Of a stretch of 64,000 bases of DNA, positions 47,229 to 56,350 are shown piece after piece (within the stretch, counting starts at the first letter, position 1; each line of letters starts with the position of its first letter). The notes beneath the pieces were generated by a model that was not told where the DNA came from, searched no databases, and was given only the letters and a program-made list of their open reading frames with translations. The stretch lies in assembly GCA_000091205.1 (NCBI GenBank), contig AP006500.2, one strand, 5' to 3'. The DNA comes from Cyanidioschyzon merolae (Eukaryota). The translations under genes and the position numbers were made by a program.

Positions 47229-47396
47229 TCGAACGACGCCAACGGTATACAGTAGTGGCGACCGGCGCCCTAGACGAAACGTCTCCAACTGACGTGCAGA
47301 CGCCTCCCCGCCTTTTTGGACCGGCCACCTACTACTGCTTCCAACTTTTTCTCGTATAGTTCGACTTTGAGAGGTTGTCCAATAAAGTTCCCTCTT
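47229..47396 (-). ncRNA. candidate omegaRNA scaffold region (overlaps the 3' end of the ancestral nuclease ORF plus a short flank)
   Basis: The 3'-terminal block is far better conserved between copies 1 and 2 than the upstream coding sequence. It ends in a hairpin with an 8-bp perfect stem in the solo copy at 54379-54401. The position matches where TnpB/Fanzor omegaRNAs are encoded. No direct evidence of transcription. Confidence 0.25.
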
Positions 47397-49707
47397 CATG
47401 ACTTTGGAGGTGTTTTCTCCAGCACCGCACATCTCCGTATATTGATAGCGGCATTAAAGTCTCGGTTCACAAATTCCATACGTTTCTTCCCATTGGTAGT
47501 TGTACTTACTAGTGCACCTAGTCCTCGCACTTTCGCTCTACTTTCCATTTGCTCCTCCGTCAGCGGTCCATACTTTTTCATATCCTCAGGGCTCCTCTGG
47601 AAATTTTCCATATCCACTCTCTGAAGTGTACAACCCAGCTCATGGTGTGTGCAGGACGTTCGAAACTCATCTACAGGTATTGTAACAAAACGCCTTGCGC
47701 ACTCCTTGTACGTTCTTGTCGTTGGAGCTGGCGTAGTTCCTTTTTGGGTCTTCCAGCGCCCTGCTCCATACGCTATTACGAGCCTTTGAGTCTTGTCTTC
47801 TTTGAGGGCGCTCAACTTATTGAAAAAGTTCGCGAATGCCCGCTGCGTCCCACCGAATAGATTCATTCGCAAACGAGCCCACCGGGGCTTGATATACCCC
47901 TCCCACAGCGCATCCCAATGGGCAACACGAACTTCCATGAATTTCCGAAAAGCTTCAAAGTCCGCGCCTCGGCTCGTCACCTCGCTCGAAGATTCCAGGT
48001 GATCCTTCATTCCTGCATTCCATGCAGCAATTTTCTTCCTTGCATTCATTATACCGGACTCTCGATAGTATCTTGCTCTCGAGAACCTCAACAAATGCAT
48101 GTCTTTCAGACGTAAGTTGCCGTCAATGCAATCTTCCGCACACTTTGGTGCTGCGATGGTAATGATATTCGTGTTCCCAGGGTCCATGCCAATGACAAAG
48201 TCGTTATCCTGCACTTTCTGCGCCGCAGGACCCGCCTCGTTCTTTTCTTCATGCTTCGTCGCGTCAAGCATAAAGGCGTTATCCTGCACCTCCTGCATCA
48301 CAGGATCCGCCTCCTTCCCAACTTCATCCTTCGTCACATCAACGATAAAGTCGTTACCCTCAATCTCCTGCGCCACAGGATGCTCCTCTTTGTTTTCTTC
48401 ATGCTTCGCCGCGTCAACGACAAGCTTGTTATCCTCCACCTCCTGCGTCGCAGGTTCCGCCTCCTTCTCATCTCCATCCTTCGCCACGTCAACGAGAAAG
48501 TCATTATCCTCCACCTCCTGCGTCGCAGGATACACCTCTTTGTTTTCTTGATCCTTCGTCACGGGTGCAGCCGAGTGAGGGACTGGCCGATCTCTCTTCA
48601 ACCGCCGATAGTGTGCACACAAGGCTACTCCATCGGTTTCGATCATCCCAGTGAACAACTTTTGCTTGCTCACTCTCAGGCGTTTGAAATCGAAGATGTT
48701 CTTCCAGTACGTCTTCCGGTTTTCACCGGAGAATTCCTCCCTGCTGACACTGAACCCCGGACTGATCTCCTTAAAGATGCCGTAAAGGACGCCGGAGTCG
48801 ATAGTCTCAAAACTTGAATTGATCCTGGACAACGGATCAGCGTGGGAGCGATTCTCCAGAAGCGCAGCCTTCCCTCTCTCCGACTATTCGTTTTTTCCAC
48901 ACCCGGCTCCATGTCGGCCTTGCGTCCGTGCTTTCGGTTCAGAAACATGAAACAGCGCAGGATTAGTTGATAAAATCTCTCTTCGTGTTTTTTCATATTA
49001 GGTAATTTTCCTGTTGGACTGAGTAGCCCCAAGACCGCACGGTGCTCTTGAATAGTCGCGCGGATTACGGAAGCTCCATTTGTGCTCCTGCGTGATGTCT
49101 TCTTATCGACAAATTCGATCTCATCTTCATACTTTCGATCGTTCGTGATGCCGTTGATCATCCCCCATATTCCTTTGCGAGAGATGCCCGGGTAGAGTGC
49201 AAACACGGCGCATATCATGAAACGTTCCGGGTACATAGTTAAATGGTTCTTCAGATTCGTGAGGTACTTCTTCGGCCCGTAGGCGTAAATACACGAGTCA
49301 ACCCTGTATCGGGTACGCTCGAAGCGGTATTCGGCGTAGTTTTCGTGGAGAGCGTGCACTAGCACATTTTCCTTCCGCGCTTCCCCTGTACCAAGCATCA
49401 GGTGACGAATAAAGGTCTTGTGGAAAAACTCGTCTGGAATCTAGACCGTTTCCATGTGCGCCACATCGCGATACATCTCCCTCGCCAAATGCATCAGTCC
49501 TGACGACGTCTTGACAATACTCTTGGAGTACGAGTCGACACGTTTTTTGATAGCGTCCCGCAACTTTTCCTTGTAGGGATGCTTGATATGTCCAAGAAGA
49601 AAGGTTTTCACCACCATCTCGTCGTACAGCCGTCTTCCTTGCCGCCTTCGACGTAGGGCCTTACCGTTTCGGTCCTTCTTCTCTTCTTTTTGTTCTGGAC
49701 TCGGCAC
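47396..49707 (-). pseudogene. TnpB/Fanzor-like RNA-guided-nuclease-family gene (RuvC-I, Zn-finger-like, RuvC-III), disrupted
   Basis: Three collinear -strand ORFs (49441..49707, 48676..49398, 47396..48832). RuvC-I '[21 protein letters not shown]', 'LVIAYGAGRW', 'VTIPVDEFRTSCTHHELGC' and C-terminal 'FVNRDFNAAINIRRC' match the TnpB D...E/ZnF...DxNAAxNI layout. In-frame TAG at 49441-49443 ('METV*IPDEF' where copy 3 has 'METTEIPKEF'). Frameshift near 48700-48830, where copy 3 reads straight through. Stop is premature relative to copies 2 and 3. Confidence 0.7.
48197..48565. repeat. ~72-bp minisatellite (5 units) inside the copy-1 nuclease ORF, encoding 24-aa repeats directly N-terminal to RuvC-I
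   Basis: Units 'gtcgttatcctgcacNtcctgcgccgcaggacccgcctc...catgcttcgtcgcgtcaagcataaag' repeat head to tail. Protein repeats '[25 protein letters not shown]' etc. The last unit becomes '[14 protein letters not shown]'. Copy 2 has a single unit. Confidence 0.75.
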
Positions 49708-50151
49708 TATATTTGGGTTTTTTTGGCAGCCGGCGACACTGGGCCTCCAGGATCGTCGACTTGCTATTTACTAGCTTTTCCGTTTTTTAGTTTTTTTTTG
49801 AAAAAGAACACTCTTTGAACGCTTCTTTTATATTCTACGAATAAACACTTGACTAGACTTGTTTGAGGGCTGGAACAAAAACGAACTGAAAGACTGTACC
49901 TGGCTAAGACCTCAACAGAAAACCAACTTTTTACAGCTGAACACCACGCTATTGATACCAATCGAGTTTCCCTTTAACGGCGACGCGGCGCTTTCGGAAC
50001 TCGATCCGCCGCATCTCCCGGCTGGATCCTGCTGCGGTTCAGAGACCGCAAGTCGAAAAGTGTGTGGCTGTAGTTGAAGGCAAATATGGTGCACCACGCG
50101 GCAGTAAACAACAGAAATAGGTTGTGAGACGCGACAGTCGTGCGATGAAGT

Positions 50152-50943
50152 GTGTGGCGGCTTCTGCAGCGCTCGTCGTCAGCCACTCTTTTAAAACATA
50201 TTGTCGTTCTTCTATCAACTGTGTTTGCAGAAGACTCTACTGTAAAACGTTTGACCAGGTGTGATTCGAAACGATCGGAAATGTTGCGCAAAGTATCCTT
50301 AGTGTTCCTGGTGACCCTGCTCTACGTGCTCGCTGCAGTTGTGTCGAAGCCGGTGCGTGGGCTCTCTCAGAGCAGCACGATTGCCGAGCTGCTCGCTGCG
50401 TCTCCAAGCTCGTACCTGCAGAACGCGCTCACAAGCGGTGCGTTTCTCGTGAATAACTCAGCCGGAAGTATTCAGTTGTTTGACGTTACACAGAACTCGT
50501 TGTTAACGAGCGTGGGCCTCTCTACCCTGATATCCACGTTGAACAAGTGCGGTATCCAGGAGCTGCACGTGCAGACGGACGCGATCGAGTACGCGTACGT
50601 TGTTGAGGGTGAGGGCACTTTCACGCTGTGGTCGTCTAACGGCTCGGTGGTATTGTTGAAGGCCCCCTTGAAGCCTGGCGACGTGGCGATTATTCCAGCC
50701 GGCTGGCCGCACTTTTTCACCGGGTCCGAGACGTCCACGACGCCGCTGGTCTTTGTCTCGACATTCACCAGCGGAGAGCCACAGGTTTATTTCCTGGCTG
50801 GTGCTGGGAATCTATTCGCGAACGTGCCATCCGAGGTCGGTAGCAGTCTGTTTAATGTTACCGCGTCGCAGTACGGATCGTTTTTCAGAGCGGAATCGAC
50901 TGTGGGTGTCGTCTTTAATGAGACCTGTTTGGGGAATGCCTGA
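50152..50943 (+). CDS. secreted cupin (germin-like) protein, tentative; probable start at the Met near 50282 (signal peptide 'MLRKVSLVFLVTLLYVLAAVVS')
   Basis: 263-aa ORF; 'PGDVAIIPAGWPHFF' resembles germin motif 2 (PxGxxHxxxN-like) and 'ELHVQTDAIEYAYVVEGEG' motif 1; N-glycosylation-like sites; lies between the two young Fanzor-like elements. Confidence 0.4.
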   Translation: MWRLLQRSSSATLLKHIVVLLSTVFAEDSTVKRLTRCDSKRSEMLRKVSLVFLVTLLYVLAAVVSKPVRGLSQSSTIAELLAASPSSYLQNALTSGAFLVNNSAGSIQLFDVTQNSLLTSVGLSTLISTLNKCGIQELHVQTDAIEYAYVVEGEGTFTLWSSNGSVVLLKAPLKPGDVAIIPAGWPHFFTGSETSTTPLVFVSTFTSGEPQVYFLAGAGNLFANVPSEVGSSLFNVTASQYGSFFRAESTVGVVFNETCLGNA

Positions 50944-51094
50944 ACGATTTGAAATCGGGAGATATCAGTGCTGCTTGCGAATGCTGTCGGGGATGTAGCT
51001 CTGCTGCGCTCCGTTGGTTACATGGACAGGAAATTTGCGGATTCTTAAAAGATAGATACGTGACGCCGCTGCTAGCGAGCCCCTTTCAAAACAA

Positions 51095-53523
51095 AAACGC
51101 TGCCGCTATCAGTACAAAAGTGGCTACCAACGCGCCCTAGACGAAACGTCTCCAACGGACGTGCAGACGCTTCCCAGTCTTTTTGGACCGGCCACCTACT
51201 ACTGCTTCCAACTTTTTCTCGTATAGTTCGACTTTGAGAGGTTGTCCAACAAAGTTCTCTCGTGTCCACTCTGGAGGTCTTTTCTCCAGCATCGCACATC
51301 TCCGTATATTGATTGCAGCGTTAAAGTCTCGGTTCACGAATTCCATACGTTTCTTGCCATCGTTCGTTGTACTCACCAGTGCGAGTAATCCCCGAACTTT
51401 CGCCCTCCTTTCCATTTGCTCTTCCGTCAGCGGTCCGTACTTTATTATATACTCAGGGCTCCTCCGACGCTTTTCCATCTCAACCCTTTGAAGTGTGCAC
51501 CCCAGTTCATGGTGTGTAAACGATGTTCGGAACTCATCTATTCGTATCGTAACGAAACGCCTTGCGCACTCCTTGTACGTTCTTGTCGTTGGAACTGGCG
51601 TGCTCCCTTTTCCGGGTACCCAGAGCCCTGCTCCATACGCTACTACAAGCCATTGGCTCGTCCCCTTTGAGGGTGCCCGACTCATTGAAAAAGTTGGCAA
51701 ATGCACGCTGTTTTCCGCAGTACAGATTCATATGCAGACGAGCCCACCTGAGCTTCGCGTACTCTTCACACACCTCCTCGTCATGAGAAACGCGAATTTT
51801 CATGAATTTCGGAAGAAAAAAAGAAAGTTCAATCGACGGCTCGTCACGTGCCTGATCGCTTCCAGATTCTCCTTCACTCTTGCGTTCCATTTCTCACTTT
51901 GATTCCTCGCATTCATCATTGCTTGTTCTCTGTACTAACTCTCTCTCGAGAACTTTAAACGACGCATGTCGCTCTGGCATAAGTTGTCGTCAGCGCCATC
52001 TTCCAAACGTTTGGGTGCTACGATGGTTATTACATTCGTGGTCCCGAGGTTAAGGCCGACGACAAGATCGTTATCCTGGGGATTATACGTGCCAGGGCCC
52101 GTCTTCTTGTGTTCGTGCTTCGGCAAGGGCGACAATGTAGATGAGGTAGGACGATCTGCCTTCAAGCGCTGATAGTGTACACATATGGATTTCCCATTGT
52201 AATCGATCGTCCCCGTGAATGCCATTTTTTGCTCGTTTTGAGGCTCTTGAAATCGAAGATATTCTTCCAGTACGTCTTCCGGTTTTCACCGGAGAATTCC
52301 TCCCTGCTGACACTGAACACCGGACTGATCTCCTTAAAGATGCCGTAAAGGACGCCGGAGTCGATAGTCACAAAACTTGAATTGATCCTGGACAACGGAT
52401 CAGCGTGGGAGCGATTCTCCAGAAGCGCAGCCTTCCCTCTCTCCGACTATTCGTTTTTTCCACACCCGGCTCCATGTCGGCCTTGCGTCCGTGCTTTCGG
52501 TTCAGAAACATGAAACAGCGCAGGATTAGTTGATAAAATCTCTCTTCGTCTTTTTTCAAATTAGGTAATTTTCCTGTTGGACTGAGTAGCCCCAAGACCG
52601 CACGGTGCTCTTGAATAGTCGCGCGGATTACGGAAGCTCCATTTGTGCTCCTGCGTGACGCCTACTTGTCGACAAATTCGATCTCATCTTCATGCATGCG
52701 ATCGTTCGTGATGCCATTGATAATTGCCCAGAATCCTTTGCGAGAGATGCCCGGGTAGAGTGCAAACACGGCGCATATCATGAAACGTTCCGGGTACATA
52801 GTTAAATGGTTCTTCAGATTCGTGAGGTACTTCTTCGGCCCGTAGGCGTAAATACACGAGTCAACCCTGTATCGGGTACGCTCGAAGCGGTATTCGGCGT
52901 AGTTTTCGTGGAGAGCGTGCACTAGCACATTTTCCTTCCGCGCTTCCCCTGTACCAAGCATCAGGTGACGAATAAAGGTCTTGTGGAAAAACTCGTCTGG
53001 AATCTAGACCGTTTCCATGTGCGCCACATCGCGATACATCTCCCTCGCCAAATGCATCAGTCCTGACGACGTCTTGACAATACTCTTGGAGTACGAGTCG
53101 ACACGTTTTTTGATAGCGTCCCGCAACTTTTCCTTGTAGGGATGCTTGATATGTCCAAGAAGAAAGGTTTTCACCACCATCTCGTCGTACAGCCGTCTTC
53201 CTTGCCGCCTTCGACGTAGGGCCTTACCGTTTCGGTCCTTCTTCTCTTCTTTTTGTTCTGGACTCGGCACTATATTTGGGTTTTTTTGGCAGCCGGCGAC
53301 ACTGGGCCTCCAGGATCGTCGACTTGCTATTTACTAGCTTTTCCGTTTTTTAGTTTTTTTTTGAAGACGGACGCGTTTCTTACGTGTCTACTATAAACCA
53401 CGAAAAACACTTGACTAGATATGTTTGAGGTGTGAAACAAAAACGAACTGAAAGACTGTACTTGGCTACGACCTGAACGGAAATCCAACTTTTTTCGGTA
53501 GAACAACACGCTACTGATCAGGA
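51095..53523 (-). mobile_element. Fanzor/TnpB-like element, copy 2 (~2.4 kb), more decayed
   Basis: Six -strand ORF fragments in shifting frames (51137..51706, 51534..51890, 51935..52225, 52162..52395, 52368..52595, 52662..52961, 53004..53270). 5' half nearly identical to copy 1 (ORF 53004..53270 = ORF 49441..49707, 88/88 aa). 3' half about 80-85% identical, with the full-length C-terminus '...FVNRDFNAAINIRRCAMLEKRPPEWTRENFVGQPLKV...RFV'. Confidence 0.65.
51137..53270 (-). pseudogene. TnpB/Fanzor-like nuclease gene, copy 2, with multiple frameshifts and the same in-frame TAG as copy 1
   Basis: RuvC-I 'DNDLVVGLNLGTTNVITIVAP', 'LVVAYGAGLW', 'IRIDEFRTSFTHHELGC', 'NRDFNAAINI'. TAG at 53004-53006 identical to copy 1. 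Confidence 0.65.
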
Positions 53524-54333
53524 TGGCGTTCCCCTTCGACGAAGGCATGCGCATCGTGTCAGTTGACTGACTGATCTCCCAGTTGCGCTCATTTAGCGCA
53601 ATGCATCCACTGCGCGCGACGCTACTCCGATCGATGAAGGACACGTGTCCGATACCCCGCCTTGGCACATGCGTGTTCGCATCCCACTGCAGCCAAAATA
53701 AAGTATCGTAGATCGCAAACTCACGTAGAATGATCTCTTGCTACAGGCTCTGTCGCTGGTGCCCATTGCAGTACCGCCCTGACATACGTGGAGATGTAGG
53801 GGCCTGGCACGATACCTCGCGATGCTTCTAACAAAAGCATCGCGTTCTCTGCGGCTTACACTTGTGTGGATAAGGTACACAACACTGTACTCAATAGAAA
53901 TTTCGTTAATTTTATTGATCGTATATAAACAAGACACGGAATGATTCCTGACCAAGGATATTCGTTTAATCAATATGCTTGTTATGCATGCCGCACCGAC
54001 ACTGGAATAAGGACCTGAACTGAAATTTGCATCTATCCGGCGTCATGGGCTGGAACTGATACCCGTTCAAGTCATTGCCATCCTGCCGTGGTTGTCCAAG
54101 TAATGGTGCCTGCTTCGTCCTCCGGATCCGGCGATCTTGGCAGAGGCAGAGCACGTAGGTAGCGTCCAAGTCTGCCACGAGGTTTGAGCCTTGCATCTCG
54201 CCTGGCACGATCGTGGCACTTGACAAAAGCGCATACTGTATTCTGGTCTACTCTATCAGATTATTTTCAAGAGCCTAACCCGTACATCGAGCCCGAACGA
54301 GGCACCCCTGGAAAGAAACGCCTTTCGAAAGTC

Positions 54334-54400
54334 GAACGGCGCCAGCGGTGTACAGTAGTGGCGAGTGGCCCGCCCTAGAAATGACGTCTGCAACTGACGT
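54334..54400. repeat. solo 3'-terminal fragment of the Fanzor-like element (~65 bp) with a perfect hairpin
   Basis: 'agtcgaacggcgccagcggtgtacagtagtggcgagtggcccgccctagaaatgacgtctgcaactgacgtgcagacgc' aligns to 47229-47290 and 51095-51170; stem 'cgtctgca'/'tgcagacg' with a 7-nt loop; homology stops abruptly after the hairpin. Confidence 0.5.
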
Positions 54401-54793
54401 GCAGACGCATCCAAAATAAGATACCACCTCAGGAAATTTCCTTATACCTCCTCTACGGTATTCGTCGGCGAGCTACGTGGAAGTTCGTCTACGATTGTTG
54501 TGATCTCTGAGCGCAGCACTGCGGAACCCTTGGCACCAATTACTGATGAGGTTGTTGATGGGAAGCATAGGAGTTCTGTCTAGTTTCTGAAAAAGACACT
54601 GAGCGCTTGTGCTAGATGTGCTCAACGCTAGACAGTCTACGGGAGATTTAGGTCGGACTCTGGACAATTGACGGGCGATCACTCGTGCAGCTACGCAAAA
54701 GAAGTTTTTTGCTGGATACGCACACCTATGCGAGCGATTCTAGCCGGTGACGTGATCGGCAGCTTTGCACCGGAGAAAATCTAATCCAAGAAA

Positions 54794-55869
54794 ATGCAAG
54801 CCCTATTCGTTTCTGTTCCGCTGTACCAGGAAAGACATATTGTTTGCGCGCGCGCTGCAACTCGAGCACCGTTCCCGCTGTGTACCGAACATGACAGGTG
54901 CTTCGCAGCTCGATACCGTCACCGCTGTCACCATCCGCTGCCCGTGGGGGTGCAGCGTTCGCCTGTAGTGCGCCGGCATCGTATGCCGCATCTTCGTATG
55001 GGCCCGAAACAGTCGCAGATCGCCGTGATCACTGGCTCGTCCTCTGGGGTCGGTCTGTATGCAGCTCGCGCTCTGATCAACAAGGGCAACTGGAACATCG
55101 TCATGGCATGTCGTGACGTCGACCGGGCGGAACGTGCAGCAAACAGCGTGAACCTTCCAAAGGACGCCTATACAGTGCTGCATTGTGATCTGGCAGATTT
55201 CGCCTCTGTGTTGAAGTTTGTGAGAGCGCTATCGAGTGTGGCGCGCATCGATCACCTGGATGCCCTGATCTGCAATGCCGCAATATGGCATCCGCAGGAC
55301 AAGAAACCGCGTTTCACGGTGGGCGGCATCGAGGAAACCATGCAGGTTTGCCATCTGAGCCATTTGCTTCTCTGTGGGGAGCTGTTGCCGAAGCTGAAAA
55401 AATCGCGCAGGCGCATTGTGTTTCTGACGACTCAGACACACTCGCCGAATTCGTTGCCGGGAAAGATCCCCCGCTGGCTCGTCTCGGGGATTCGTCTAGT
55501 CTAGCCGCGGGGCTTGGTCCGCAGACGACGGACATGGTAGAAAGTGGCCCGTTTGAGCCCACAAAAGCTTTCAAAGACGCCAAAGCCGAGAACGTGTTGA
55601 CAATGAAGGCGCTCAGTGATCGATACGGCCGCGACGGGGTGACCTCTGTGGCGATTTTCCCGGGATGTGTCGCCGACAGCAACCTCTTCCGCGAAAAGCG
55701 TGGCTGGTTCCGCTACGTATTCTTCCCGATTCTTCAGAAGTACATCACTCGGCAATACTTTCCCAATGATGAGGCCGGACGCCGTGTAGCCGAAATGGCG
55801 ACCCAGGGACAGTTCTCGGACTCGGGCTCGTATTATCAGTGGCGTGGCAAATATACGGATGGGGGATAG
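54794..55869 (+). CDS. por: light-dependent NADPH:protochlorophyllide oxidoreductase (POR), with a +1/-1 frameshift at a C5 run near 55475-55480
   Basis: ORFs 54794..55504 and 55285..55869 together align to POR from memory: 'IAVITGSSSGVGLYAARAL..WNIVMACRDVDRAERAA..LPKDAYTVLHCDLADFASV', 'ICNAAIWHPQDKKPRFT', 'YKDAKAENVLTMKALSDRY', 'FPGCVADSNLFREKRGWFRYVFFPILQKYITRQYFPNDEAGRRVAEM..SDSGSYYQW'. Frames switch exactly inside 'aaagatcccccgctg'. Confidence 0.75.
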
Positions 55870-56350
55870 AAGACGAAACCGCAGGTTATTGAACCAACGT
55901 ACGAAATCGACAAGGCAGATCAGCTTTACGAACTGAGTCTTGATCTGATCGACCAGGCTTTACGGAGGCGAGGCCTCAAGTCGACTACCTTGGTCCCTGT
56001 CTAAGGTTTGTTAGTGATGAATATGGGATGCGCCTTCGAAGCGCAGACCGCTGCGTCAAGGACGCATGTGGGAGCAACAGCGTAACGATGAAACGGCAAC
56101 CCACTGTTACGATCGGATAGTGATCGGGTGAAAGGGCACTCCTCCTGATGTGGAGAACCAAAATTGCTTCGCAAGTCATAAAGCGTACTGCAGTAGTGAT
56201 TAATATAGCTATAGCTATGACCTACTTCGCATCGAATGCGCCAGAGAATGCTAACTGCGGTCGTTCAAGAGGGCAGAGCGCGTTTATTTGGGTAATCTGT
56301 AACTCTTTTTGCCATAAAGGATACGGCAATAGAGGCGAACTTGCAGACGT

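Larger units (their letters stand above)
47229..49962 (-). mobile_element. Fanzor/TnpB-like element, copy 1 (~2.7 kb)
   Basis: Boundaries estimated from where homology with copy 2 (51095-53523) and the solo end (54334-54400) begins and ends. Carries a disrupted ~800-codon nuclease gene on the - strand, with a subterminal hairpin 'cgtctccaactgacgtgcagacg' at 47262-47284. Confidence 0.65.

Noticed and set aside
48197-48565. Considered whether the regular 72-bp repeats could be a CRISPR-like array
   Set aside because: Units abut directly with no spacers, are in frame within an ORF and derive from adjacent coding sequence; this is a minisatellite.
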